From an uncultured Collinsella sp. (GTDB lineage: Bacteria; Actinomycetota; Coriobacteriia; Coriobacteriales; Coriobacteriaceae), in contig CABUGI010000003.1 in assembly GCA_902491055.1 (NCBI GenBank), forward strand, positions 8,536 through 72,535: a DNA stretch of 64,000 bases, written 5' to 3'. Shown here in pieces: positions 11,711 to 20,684 of the stretch. Position 1 is the stretch's first letter; each line of letters starts with the position of its first letter. The notes under the pieces were generated by a model. That model made no database searches. It was not told the DNA's origin and saw only the letters and a list, made by a program, of their open reading frames with translations. The position numbers and the translations under genes are program-made.

Positions 11711-12568
11711 ATGCGCAAACTGTTTTCCCGTCAGCTCATCGAGGCCCGTCACGAGATGCTGAGCATCTACGAGGCCGTCGATCTGGCCCTCCACGATGCC
11801 GTGAAGGCCTATGTGACCGACGACCGCAAGCTCGCCACCAAGACCAAGAAGCGCACGCTTTCGATTGACGCACGCTGCGCCAACCTGGAGGCCGTCTGCT
11901 ACAACCTGATTGCCACGCAGTCACCGGTCGCCTCCGACTTCCGCTTGCTGCAGACGATCATCTACGTCGACTTTAACCTGCAGCGCATGACCGATAAGGT
12001 TCGCCAGATTTGCCGCGCCACGCGTCATATGATCAAGGCCGACATCTCGCTGCCCAAGGAGCTTGTCGGCACGGTCGAGGCCGAGGCTGAGGCCGTCTAC
12101 CAGGTGCTGGGCTCTTCGCTTTCTGCGCTCGTCACCAACGACATGTCCATCATCTGCAACTTGGCCGTCGAGGACGAGCCAGTGCATGCCGCCTACGAGA
12201 AGTTCTTCCGCACCTTTAACCGCATGGACACGGGCGATTTTATGGACGACGACAGCAACTATGACGACCTGCGCCGCGCCATCATGGTATCGCGCTATCT
12301 CGATCGCATCGCCTCGATTTCCATCGATGCCGCCTGCCGTCTGACCTTCCTGTTGACCGGACAGCGTATGACTGCCGGTGATATCGCCTGCACTGATGAG
12401 GATGAGCTCGAGAGCATGCGCGTGCCTTCGGGCGAGGGTGTTATCATGAGGCCCGCCGTCGATGCACGCTACGTTGCCAAGGTGCCCGTTAACGAGGTCA
12501 GCGAGGGTCTTCGCTACCTGCTCGATCATCTTGAGGATGAGGACGATGGCGAGGACGACGAGGAGTAA
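11711..12568 (+). CDS. phoU: PhoU-family phosphate signalling protein with an acidic C-terminal tail
   Basis: Follows pstB. Helical PhoU-like repeats, plus a C-terminal DEDDGEDDEE tail that makes it longer than a typical PhoU. Confidence 0.8.
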   Translation: MRKLFSRQLIEARHEMLSIYEAVDLALHDAVKAYVTDDRKLATKTKKRTLSIDARCANLEAVCYNLIATQSPVASDFRLLQTIIYVDFNLQRMTDKVRQICRATRHMIKADISLPKELVGTVEAEAEAVYQVLGSSLSALVTNDMSIICNLAVEDEPVHAAYEKFFRTFNRMDTGDFMDDDSNYDDLRRAIMVSRYLDRIASISIDAACRLTFLLTGQRMTAGDIACTDEDELESMRVPSGEGVIMRPAVDARYVAKVPVNEVSEGLRYLLDHLEDEDDGEDDEE

Positions 12569-12687
12569 GTAACCCCGTTCGTCGAAAGATTGTAAATACC
12601 TAAGTGAGCGCGGCCTTGCACATGCGGGGCCGCGCTCTTGCGTTAGCATGGGACTACTTGTTTGGCTGTCAGCGGAGGCGATTGGCA

Positions 12688-13425
12688 ATGGATAACTATT
12701 TGGACTTGATGCGCGCTCGCCGCGAGCAGATTCTGGAACGTTTTTATGCGGCGCTCGATCGCGCGGGCCGTCCCCACGACGCCGCGCGCCTCATTGCCGT
12801 GTCCAAGACCGTTGGTGTCGATGAGACCGTTGCCGCCATCCAGGCGGGGTATCGCCATTTTGCCGAGAATCGCCCGCAGGAGCTGGTTCGCAAGCTCACA
12901 GGTTTGGCGGAGCATCCGGAGCTGCCCGAGGTGCGCTTCGATATGATCGGCAACCTGCAGACCAATAAGATCAATGCGGTGCTGGGCTCAGCCGAGCTGA
13001 TTCACTCGGTGGGTTCGCTGCATCTGGCGCAGGCGATCTCGAGCCGTGCTGCCCGCAAGATTGAGGCAGGCGAACTCGCCGGCCCCCAGCGTGTGCTCAT
13101 TGAGGTCAATGTGAGTGGTGAGGAGTCGAAGGGAGGCTTTTCGCCCGATGAGATTCGCGCCGCCGCGGGTGAGCTTGCGGAACTTGAGGGAATTTGCGTA
13201 CAGGGGCTTATGACTATGGCGCCCCGGGGGAATAAGGATGTGGCACGCCGCACCTTTGCGGGGCTTCGTGAGCTGAGGGATGAGCTGGAGGCGGCGCATC
13301 CCGATTTGAACCTGCCTGAGCTTTCCTGCGGCATGAGCGAAGACTTTGAGCCTGCCCTTGAGGAGGGCTCTACGCTCGTTCGCCTGGGCAGGGTAGTATT
13401 TAGCCCGGAGTTTGCAGTAAAATAA
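12688..13425 (+). CDS. yggS: YggS-family PLP homeostasis protein
   Basis: AVSKT (PLP lysine) and IGNLQTNKI motifs. GGAGG RBS precedes ATG 12688. Confidence 0.9.
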   Translation: MDNYLDLMRARREQILERFYAALDRAGRPHDAARLIAVSKTVGVDETVAAIQAGYRHFAENRPQELVRKLTGLAEHPELPEVRFDMIGNLQTNKINAVLGSAELIHSVGSLHLAQAISSRAARKIEAGELAGPQRVLIEVNVSGEESKGGFSPDEIRAAAGELAELEGICVQGLMTMAPRGNKDVARRTFAGLRELRDELEAAHPDLNLPELSCGMSEDFEPALEEGSTLVRLGRVVFSPEFAVK

Positions 13426-13485
13426 GGCTCTGAAGTGCGCACTGATTATCGGGGCGCCTGCACTAAACCGCGAGAGGACACAACC

Positions 13486-14208
13486 ATGGGCTTCCTTGAC
13501 GAGATTAAAAATAAGATGCACCTGGGCGGCCAGCAGGGTTACGACCAGGGTTATGGCCAGGACGACGACTACGGCTACGATGACGGCTATGACGATAGTT
13601 ATCAGGGCAACGGCTACAGCGGTGCTTCGGGCGAGGGCTTCTACACCCAAGACGAGCCGAGCAACGGCCTGCTTGGTCAGACGCGCCGCGGTGAAGCTGA
13701 GTCGGTTGCCGTGTATACGCGCTCCGGTCAGCTGGTCGGCGATGACTCCCGCCATGCCACGACGTATAACCCGCCTTCGCGCTCGCAGGACAGTGTTGCG
13801 AGCGGTTATCGTCCCGGTGCCTATGACACGCCGTCGAGCTACGCCGAGAATACCCGCGCCCGTGCCGCCGCTGCACCCGCGCCTGCACCGAGCGATGCCT
13901 CGGCCTATGCGAGCAATATCATCAACGCCACGCCGCAGCTGCCGGCCTATGTCCTGCGCCCCGAGAGCTATGACGACGTGGAGACTGTGGTGCGCCGCGT
14001 TCGCACCAAGCAGCCTGTCGCACTGATTTTTGTGGGCGTACGCACCGAAGTTGCCAAGCGCGTCTTGGACTTCTCTTACGGCTTTGCCTGCGGTCTGGGT
14101 GCCACGGTCAAGGAGGTGGGCGACCGCGTGTTCATGGTGCTGCCCGCCGGTTGCGAGGTCAAAGATTCCGATCTCAAGAAGCTTCGTGCCGACGGCTACC
14201 TTAAGTAA
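13486..14208 (+). CDS. sepF: Cell division protein SepF
   Basis: N-terminal amphipathic MGFLDEIKNKM and a C-terminal SepF core (LIFVGVRTEVAKRVLDFSYGFACG). Flanked by yggS and yggT. Confidence 0.85.
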   Translation: MGFLDEIKNKMHLGGQQGYDQGYGQDDDYGYDDGYDDSYQGNGYSGASGEGFYTQDEPSNGLLGQTRRGEAESVAVYTRSGQLVGDDSRHATTYNPPSRSQDSVASGYRPGAYDTPSSYAENTRARAAAAPAPAPSDASAYASNIINATPQLPAYVLRPESYDDVETVVRRVRTKQPVALIFVGVRTEVAKRVLDFSYGFACGLGATVKEVGDRVFMVLPAGCEVKDSDLKKLRADGYLK

Positions 14209-14229
14209 AGACAAGACGAGGAGATTCCC

Positions 14230-14511
14230 ATCAACATCTACACTATCGTCCAGCTGGTCAACACGCTGTTCAACTTCTATTCCACGCTCATTGTCGTCTA
14301 CTGCTTTATGACGTGGATTCCCATGAAGCAGGGTGGTTTGCTTCAGGATATTGCTGCGGTGCTTGATAGCGTGTGCGGTCCGTGGCTCAACCTGTTCCGT
14401 CGTTTCATCCCGCCGATGGGCGGTATCGATTTTTCGCCGGTCGTTGCGATTATTGCGTTGCAGTTGGTGCAGAGGCTGGTTCTGCAGCTTCTTATAGGTA
14501 TACTCGTGTAG
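14230..14511 (+). CDS. yggT: YggT-family membrane protein (start codon non-canonical or unresolved)
   Basis: YggT-like sequence (NIYTIVQLVNTLFNFYSTLIVVYCFMTWIP...GGIDFSPVVAII) extends upstream of the first ATG at 14308. Only ATT/ATC codons follow the GAGGAG at 14218-14223. Confidence 0.65.
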   Translation: MNIYTIVQLVNTLFNFYSTLIVVYCFMTWIPMKQGGLLQDIAAVLDSVCGPWLNLFRRFIPPMGGIDFSPVVAIIALQLVQRLVLQLLIGILV

Positions 14512-14572
14512 AACTGTCTTAGTAACTTACGTCGGGCGTGTAGCGCCGAGGCGATGAAAAAGGAGACTTGTT

Positions 14573-15247
14573 ATGGCTATTACCCCTGCAGACATCCAGG
14601 CTCAGACTTTCTCTGAGGCCAAGCGTGGCTACGATCCTGCCGAGGTCGACGTCTTCTTGGAGACGCTGTCCTCCGAGGTTGACGCTATGCTCGCTAAGAT
14701 CGTCGACCTTAAGGGTCGTCTGACTGCTACCGAGCAGCAGCTTGCCGATGCGCAGGCTCAGCTTGCCCAGGCTCAGGATGCCACCGCCCAGGCCGTTCCT
14801 GCCGCCCCCGTGGCTGCTCCCGCCCCTGACTTCTCCGCTCAGGAGCGCCAGATTTCCGCTGCCCTGATCGCTGCCCAGCAGACCGCTGAGACCATCGTCA
14901 ACGATGCCAACGAGAACGCTGAGCGTATCCGCAACGAGGCTGACGCCAAGGCCCGCGAGGTTATCCGCCAGGCTCTGACCGAGAAGCAGGCCGAGCTCGA
15001 GGAGATCGATCGTCTCAAGGCTTCCCGTGAGGAGTTCAAGGCAGAGTATCTCAAGCTCATCCAGCACTTCATGGACGATGCCCAGAATTCCTTCCCGGCC
15101 GATCTGATGGCTTCCACGCCGGTCGGTTCTGCCGCTTCTCCTGCAGTGACTGTTCCCGCCGAGCCGCTGCCCGTCGCTGACCCGGTTGTCCCCGTGGCCG
15201 ATCCCTTCGCCCCGATCGACAACTTTGCTGCCGACGACCTGGACTAA
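14573..15247 (+). CDS. divIVA: DivIVA-domain cell division/polarity protein
   Basis: N-terminus ITPADIQAQTFSEAKRGYDPAEVDVFLE followed by coiled-coil sequence. Confidence 0.85.
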   Translation: MAITPADIQAQTFSEAKRGYDPAEVDVFLETLSSEVDAMLAKIVDLKGRLTATEQQLADAQAQLAQAQDATAQAVPAAPVAAPAPDFSAQERQISAALIAAQQTAETIVNDANENAERIRNEADAKAREVIRQALTEKQAELEEIDRLKASREEFKAEYLKLIQHFMDDAQNSFPADLMASTPVGSAASPAVTVPAEPLPVADPVVPVADPFAPIDNFAADDLD

Positions 15248-15273
15248 CATTCGGCCTACAATTTAGTGCCTAG

Positions 15274-15303
15274 AAAGGACCCGCAGCTTGCGGGTCCTTT
15301 TTT
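15274..15303 (+). terminator. Intrinsic terminator after divIVA
   Basis: AAAGGACCCGC-AGCT-TGCGGGTCCTTT followed by a T-run. Confidence 0.65.
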
Positions 15304-15414
15304 ATGACTGTGCCGGAGTGCGTAACATAAAAAACCGAGCCCTGCACATAATGGCGCAGAACTCGGCGAATGGGTGAGCGGTAAAAGGTAGGTTTTAGGG
15401 CATGTGCCAAAAAA

Positions 15415-15945
15415 CTACTTGAGGAGGAAGTTGGGGAGGGGAATGGTACGGGCCTCGCGATGCTCGGGGTCGGCGATGTGGTCGGCAGGATAGCCACAGA
15501 CAAGCATGTGATAGGGATAAACGCCCTTGGGCAGATTGAACTGCTCCTGTGCCACCTCTGGCTTAAAATGGCATACCCAGCACGTTCCCAGGCCCTGCTC
15601 GGTGGCCTCCATCATCATCTGATCGCAAACGATGGATGTATCGATTTCGCTGGAATTCATCTGATCATACGGGCGCACCCAAGCATCATCGGTAACGCTG
15701 CAAATAAGGAAGATAAGCGGAGCGCCAAAGATAGACCCATCACGAGCAAACCGAGGCTGACAAACAGCAGCCTTCTCCAGAAGCTCAGGCGTATCCAACA
15801 CCATCACACGGGTTGGATGATTATTACAAGCAGAAGGAGCAATCCGCCCAGCCTCAACAATGGCATCCACCACAGCTTGCTCAACAGAACGATCCTCAAA
15901 CTCACGACAAGAATATCGACCCCGAGCCAGATCCATATACGACAT
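15415..15945 (-). CDS. Nitroreductase family protein
   Basis: RYSCREF and PSACNNHP motifs. GGAGGG RBS lies 5 nt before ATG 15945. Codon usage is atypical (T-ending codons). Confidence 0.85.
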   Translation of the reverse strand: MSYMDLARGRYSCREFEDRSVEQAVVDAIVEAGRIAPSACNNHPTRVMVLDTPELLEKAAVCQPRFARDGSIFGAPLIFLICSVTDDAWVRPYDQMNSSEIDTSIVCDQMMMEATEQGLGTCWVCHFKPEVAQEQFNLPKGVYPYHMLVCGYPADHIADPEHREARTIPLPNFLLK

Positions 15946-16130
15946 ACAAGCCCTCCAACAATTTAAAATCAAACAAACCCAAAGTAACCCAAACAGTATC
16001 CAAAGCAGCAATCAGCCAATCGCTCATCGAATACCAAAGTAAAACCCCGAGCAATCAAGGGTCATCACAGCAAAGGCCCCACCACGCTCAACCCCTCAGC
16101 CAAAGTTCCCAATGGTGGTACGTAAGGGAG

Positions 16131-16205
16131 CGGGCCCGACCACTAATACCTTTTGAACGACTCTGCTTGCAGCCGGAGTGAAAAAGGTATTAGTGGTCGG
16201 GCCCG
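16131..16205 (-). terminator. 24-bp perfect inverted repeat hairpin, 26 nt past the stop of the pit operon
   Basis: CGGGCCCGACCACTAATACCTTTT (16131-16154) pairs with AAAAGGTATTAGTGGTCGGGCCCG (16182-16205), leaving a 27-nt loop. Confidence 0.5.
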
Positions 16206-16230
16206 CGACCGGTGGGACACGTACCCCCAA

Positions 16231-16854
16231 TTAACTGTTCTTCATGACAATCGAATCCACAACATCGGCCACATTCTCACAGCAGTCAGCGCAGTACTCC
16301 AGGAAGGCGTACACGTCACGCCAGGCGATGACCTCGAGCGGGTCCTTGCCGTTAACGTGCAGGTTGCGCATGGCGTTGATATAGAGCTCGTCGGCTTCGG
16401 ACTCGATGGTGTTGATCTGGATGACGAGTTCGCGCAGGGTCTTGGACTTGCGGTAGTTGGGCAGCTCGACCATCAGGTCTTTCATGGCGCGGCAGGCGTC
16501 AGTCACCTTGTGAGCGATGACGATGGCGTCGGGATGGATGCTCTGGATGTTGGTGAAGTAGACGCGCTGCACGACGCCCTCGATGCGGTCGAGCACGGTG
16601 TCGAGTGAGCAGCTCATCAGATCCAGATCCTCGCGCTCGAGCGGGGTGATAAAGGCGGTGAGCAAGGCGTCTTCGAGCTCGTGGTGCTTCTTGTCTGCCG
16701 CATGCTCAATCGCATGCATCTTATCGAGCATGTCGTGGATCTGCGCGGGGTCAAAGTTCTCAAAAATCTTGGTGAGCAGCTCGGCTGCCTGAACGGCGAG
16801 GTCGGCGCAGGCAACGTAGTTATCAAAGTAGAACGAATCGGGTTTCTTTGCCAT
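16231..16854 (-). CDS. DUF47 (PhoU-like, YkaA-type) phosphate transport regulator
   Basis: Helical PhoU-like protein encoded directly downstream of a PiT transporter gene, which is the classic pairing. Confidence 0.8.
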   Translation of the reverse strand: MAKKPDSFYFDNYVACADLAVQAAELLTKIFENFDPAQIHDMLDKMHAIEHAADKKHHELEDALLTAFITPLEREDLDLMSCSLDTVLDRIEGVVQRVYFTNIQSIHPDAIVIAHKVTDACRAMKDLMVELPNYRKSKTLRELVIQINTIESEADELYINAMRNLHVNGKDPLEVIAWRDVYAFLEYCADCCENVADVVDSIVMKNS

Positions 16855-16921
16855 GGGTGGGTCCTTTCGAGGCGAAGACGGGTGGGCGAAGTAATGCGGT
16901 CCGGATGGACGTTCGGTTTGA

Positions 16922-17971
16922 CTAGAGGAACATCATGAACAGCTTGGCCATGACAAAGCTGATGAGTCCGCAGGCGGGGAAGGTGAAGAACCAGGTGAAC
17001 ATCATGTCTTTGACGACGCCGAAGTTGATGGCTGAGAGGCGCTTGACGGCACCGACGCCCATGATGGCGCAGGTCTTGATGTGTGTGGAGGACACGGGGA
17101 TGCCGGTAAGGGTGGCAAGCAGCAGGTTTGCGGCGCCCGCCAGGTCGGCGGAGAAGCCCTGATACTTTTCGAGCTTGACCATGCTCTGGCCGACGGACTT
17201 GATGATGCGCTCGCCGCCCACGCTGGTGCCGATACCCATAGTGGCCGAGCACAGCAGCATAATCCAGATGGGGATGCCTGCATCGCCGACGCTCGTCTGG
17301 CCGCTGGCAAAGGCCACGCCTAAAAAGAGCACGCCGATGAACTTCTGTCCATCCTGCGCGCCGTGCATAAAGCTCATGGCCGCAGCGCTCGCGATCTGAG
17401 CGTATTTAAAGAAGACATTGGCACGTCGCCTGTTGGCGGCGGCGAAAAGAATCGAGACGAGCTTGCACAGGACCCAGCCCATGACAAAGCCCAGGCCGAT
17501 GGAGAGCGCCAGGCCGTAGATGACCTTCATCCACTCGTGGACGTTGACGCTGCTCGCACCGCCGAGGGCGATGGCGGCACCGGTCAGGCCGGCGATAAGG
17601 CTGTGGCTTTGCGAGGTGGGGATGCCAAAACGCGACGCTGTGGCGCCGTAGACGACGATGGAGAACAGCGCCGCGCATAGGCAGGCGAGCGCCATGGTGC
17701 TGTTTCCGCCAAAGTCGACGATATGTGAGATGGTGTTGGCGACGCTCGCGTTAAAGTGCGTCATGATGAGCACGCCGAGGAAGTTGAATGCGGCGCTCAT
17801 GAGAATGGCGGCGCGGGCGGGCATGCAACGCGTAGTGACGCAGGTCGCGATGGCGTTGGGCGCGTCGGTCCATCCATTGACGAAGATGGCACCCAACGCG
17901 AGGATCACGGTGACGGCAAGGACTGGGTTCGACACAATTTGGCCGAGGAAGGTTGAGAACGTTACGTCCAT
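16922..17971 (-). CDS. pit: Inorganic phosphate transporter, PiT family
   Basis: GWTDAPNAIAT and HGAQDGQKF motifs; multi-TM. Confidence 0.9.
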   Translation of the reverse strand: MDVTFSTFLGQIVSNPVLAVTVILALGAIFVNGWTDAPNAIATCVTTRCMPARAAILMSAAFNFLGVLIMTHFNASVANTISHIVDFGGNSTMALACLCAALFSIVVYGATASRFGIPTSQSHSLIAGLTGAAIALGGASSVNVHEWMKVIYGLALSIGLGFVMGWVLCKLVSILFAAANRRRANVFFKYAQIASAAAMSFMHGAQDGQKFIGVLFLGVAFASGQTSVGDAGIPIWIMLLCSATMGIGTSVGGERIIKSVGQSMVKLEKYQGFSADLAGAANLLLATLTGIPVSSTHIKTCAIMGVGAVKRLSAINFGVVKDMMFTWFFTFPACGLISFVMAKLFMMFL

Positions 17972-18221
17972 ATATGGGCTTTCTCGAAGTTTGCAGACAC
18001 GTTACAAAAACATGATAAATCGTATCACCTCCTGCGGGTCTCTTTACCGAGTTCTGATGGGAGAAGTGGACTTTTTGGCACTAAAATTGAATATTAGCCC
18101 TGTTGACCGCGGGTGTTCTTTTTGCTAACACGCCATGCGGACACGTGCGATTACTACGACACTCCAAAACCACAGTCTGTTCGCTTTACAACATACAAAC
18201 ATGCGTTCGATAATAGGAGGC

Positions 18222-18560
18222 ATGGAATATCGACAGACAGACGGCAAAACTCGGCGCGTGCACAAGCAGTATGTGGACGTCGTGGCCCGCATCCTCGCGG
18301 GCGGACAGGTCGTGCCGGTCACCGTCTGCTGGGTCGACGGCCGTTGTTTTACGATCGACGAAATTATCTCGACCACCGGGTTTGGCCTGATGGTCTACGG
18401 CATCCGTACGGCAACATATAAGGTGCGTTTTGGCGGGCACGCGACCGAGTTGTATCTGGAGGACCAGACGCGCGAGCGGGCAGACGGCTCGCAGGCACAC
18501 GTGATGCGTTGGTGGGTCTGGGCCTTTGATCGTACGCTTGAGGGCGAGCGCCGTAGGTAA
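18222..18560 (+). CDS. Hypothetical protein (no family recognised)
   Basis: Open frame with host-like GC3. AGGAGG lies next to ATG 18222; ATG 18201 is an alternative start. No motif recognised. Confidence 0.4.
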   Translation: MEYRQTDGKTRRVHKQYVDVVARILAGGQVVPVTVCWVDGRCFTIDEIISTTGFGLMVYGIRTATYKVRFGGHATELYLEDQTRERADGSQAHVMRWWVWAFDRTLEGERRR

Positions 18561-18638
18561 GGACGTGCGGCATTCGGGTACAATGGCAGGAATCTTGTCA
18601 CCTACGGCGCTGTCGTGCGCTTTTTGAAAGGACGAAGT

Positions 18639-19334
18639 ATGAACGATATCCAGGGCTATCAGAACGGCCCCATCGAGACCGGTGCAAGCCGTGCCAAGGA
18701 GATGTCGCCGCGCGCGTACAACCTTGTCATGTCTGCCCTGATCTTTTTGGGCTTTTGCGCCATGGGCGTCGGTGCTTACTTTACGAGCACCATGTCGTTT
18801 GCGCGCATGATGATGAGCGGCGCCGCTTTGCCGCTGGTCTTTGGCTCATTTATTTTGACCATCGTCGGCATGGTCATGATGTCGGCCGCCGCCAGCAAGC
18901 AGTCCGTGGGCCTGTCCCTTGTGGGCTACGTAATCTTTGCGAGCACCTTTGGCCTGACCGCGTCGTTTGGCCTTGCCAACTACGACCTGCCCACCATCAA
19001 CACTGCCTTTATCGCCACGGCCGCTATCACCTTTGTCTTTGGCGCGTTGGGTGTGACCTTCCCCAAGTTCTTCCAGCGTGTGTATGGCATTGGTTTTGGC
19101 ATCCTGCTTGCCACGATTCTGGTCGAGATCGTGCTGATGTTTATGGGCGTCTCGCAGACCATCACCGACCTGATTGTGATCGTGGTGTTCGCCGGCTTTA
19201 TTGGCTACGACACCTATGTGGCCACGACAGTGCCGCCCACGCTGCCCAACGCCGTGCTCATGGCATCCAACCTGTTCGTGGACATCATTAACGTGTTCCT
19301 GCGCATTCTGAACATCCTTGGTCGTCGCGACTAG
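18639..19334 (+). CDS. Bax inhibitor-1/YccA family membrane protein
   Basis: About 7 TM segments of BI-1-like length and pattern. ATG 18639 follows GAAAGGA. Confidence 0.75.
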   Translation: MNDIQGYQNGPIETGASRAKEMSPRAYNLVMSALIFLGFCAMGVGAYFTSTMSFARMMMSGAALPLVFGSFILTIVGMVMMSAAASKQSVGLSLVGYVIFASTFGLTASFGLANYDLPTINTAFIATAAITFVFGALGVTFPKFFQRVYGIGFGILLATILVEIVLMFMGVSQTITDLIVIVVFAGFIGYDTYVATTVPPTLPNAVLMASNLFVDIINVFLRILNILGRRD

Positions 19335-19472
19335 TGCCAAATTGCAGCGGTGCTTGCCGCGCACGCAATTCGATGCGAAAGGCGGTCCTTCGGGGCCGTC
19401 TTTTTTGTACACGGCGGGGTATTATGGATGGGAAAAGCCGATAGCGGCAGAGACCGAGAAAGGTGACCACTT

Positions 19473-20606
19473 ATGGCAGACGTCGACAACAGGAACCGTA
19501 ACCGCAGGTCCAATCGAACGGGTCAGCCCAATCCCAAGCGCGAGGCGCGTGCTAAGGCCGCCGAGCGCCATGTGGCGGCTGTGTCCGAGGCCTGCGCCAA
19601 GGACATTGAGCGCTCGCTTGCCGGCGTGCGCGAGTTCGATGGTATGCCTGCCGGATTTGTCGCGGCGATGAAGGCCAAGGCCCAAGCGGCCGACGCTGCC
19701 GAGGAACAGGTTGCTGAGGAGTCTGAGGCCGCCGAGGTCGAGACCGCTGAGGTTGCGTCCGCCGAGACTGTGGTCACGGCCGAGCCTGCACCCGCAGAGG
19801 AGGCCGCGGAGATCGAGTCCGCGCCTGCTGCTGAGGAGCCCGCTCCGGTCCTGCCCGAGGTCACCGTGCTCGACGCCTCTGCCACGCAGGCCATTCTGGA
19901 TAACGGCCGAGGCTACGCGCAGTTCTGTGACATGGCCGTGCTCGCCTTTGCCTCGTTCACCAACCCGGGCGGTGGCTACATCCAGGGCTATCTGGGTCAG
20001 GAGGCCACGCTCTGCGCCGATTCGTATCTGTACAACGTACTCGATAAGCAGCGCAAATGGTACGGCGAGAACCGTCGCCGCAATATCAACTGCGAGCTTT
20101 ACCGCAACCGTGCGCTGGTGGTGCCTGCGGTGCGCTTCGACCGCAACCACGTGCATGCGTATGCCGACGTAATCGTTGCCGCTGCGCCCAACGTCAAGCG
20201 CGCTCGCCAGGAATATCGCGTGGGTGACGATGCCTTGCTGGATGCCCTGCGCGACCGTATCCGCTTTGTCCTTGCCATCTGCGATGAGCTGGGTCGCGAG
20301 AAGCTCGTGCTGGGTGCTTGGGGCTGCGATAATAACGGCTTTGACGCCGAGGCCGTAGCCGAGCTCTTCCGTAAGGAGCTCGCGTCGGGCGACTTTAAGG
20401 TCAAGCAGGTCTTCTTTGCCGTGCCCTCTACGCGCTGGGACGAGGATTTTGCCAAGTTTGAGCACGTGCTGGCAAACTTCCCCGCGCGCAACGAGGAGTC
20501 CTATGCCCAGGTTGTCGCTCGCGCTGCGGCTGCTCGCGCCGCCGAGCAGGCCCAGACTGCCGCCGAGGACGATGAGGACGATGGCGATTGGCGCAAGTAC
20601 CTGTAA
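19473..20606 (+). CDS. Microbial-type PARG-like macrodomain protein (TIGR02452/DUF2263-like) with an A/E-rich N-terminal extension
   Basis: NPGGGYIQGYLGQEA resembles the PARG GGG-X6-8-QEE signature. VLGAWGCDNNGF is present near the C-terminus. Confidence 0.7.
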   Translation: MADVDNRNRNRRSNRTGQPNPKREARAKAAERHVAAVSEACAKDIERSLAGVREFDGMPAGFVAAMKAKAQAADAAEEQVAEESEAAEVETAEVASAETVVTAEPAPAEEAAEIESAPAAEEPAPVLPEVTVLDASATQAILDNGRGYAQFCDMAVLAFASFTNPGGGYIQGYLGQEATLCADSYLYNVLDKQRKWYGENRRRNINCELYRNRALVVPAVRFDRNHVHAYADVIVAAAPNVKRARQEYRVGDDALLDALRDRIRFVLAICDELGREKLVLGAWGCDNNGFDAEAVAELFRKELASGDFKVKQVFFAVPSTRWDEDFAKFEHVLANFPARNEESYAQVVARAAAARAAEQAQTAAEDDEDDGDWRKYL

Positions 20607-20632
20607 TCGGTACGTGCCGACAGATAGGTCGA

Positions 20633-20666
20633 GCCGGCGGGAGGGGCTGCTCCCGTCGGCTTTTTA
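20633..20666 (+). terminator. Intrinsic terminator
   Basis: GCCGGCGGGAG / CTCCCGTCGGC stem followed by TTTTT. Confidence 0.5.
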
Positions 20667-20684
20667 CTAAAGGAAGGGCTTACG

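Noticed and set aside
15813-16181. 122-aa Q/P/N/K-rich + strand ORF
   Set aside because: It is produced by the A+C-rich strand skew of the nitroreductase leader. It overlaps the real minus-strand gene and the 16131 hairpin.
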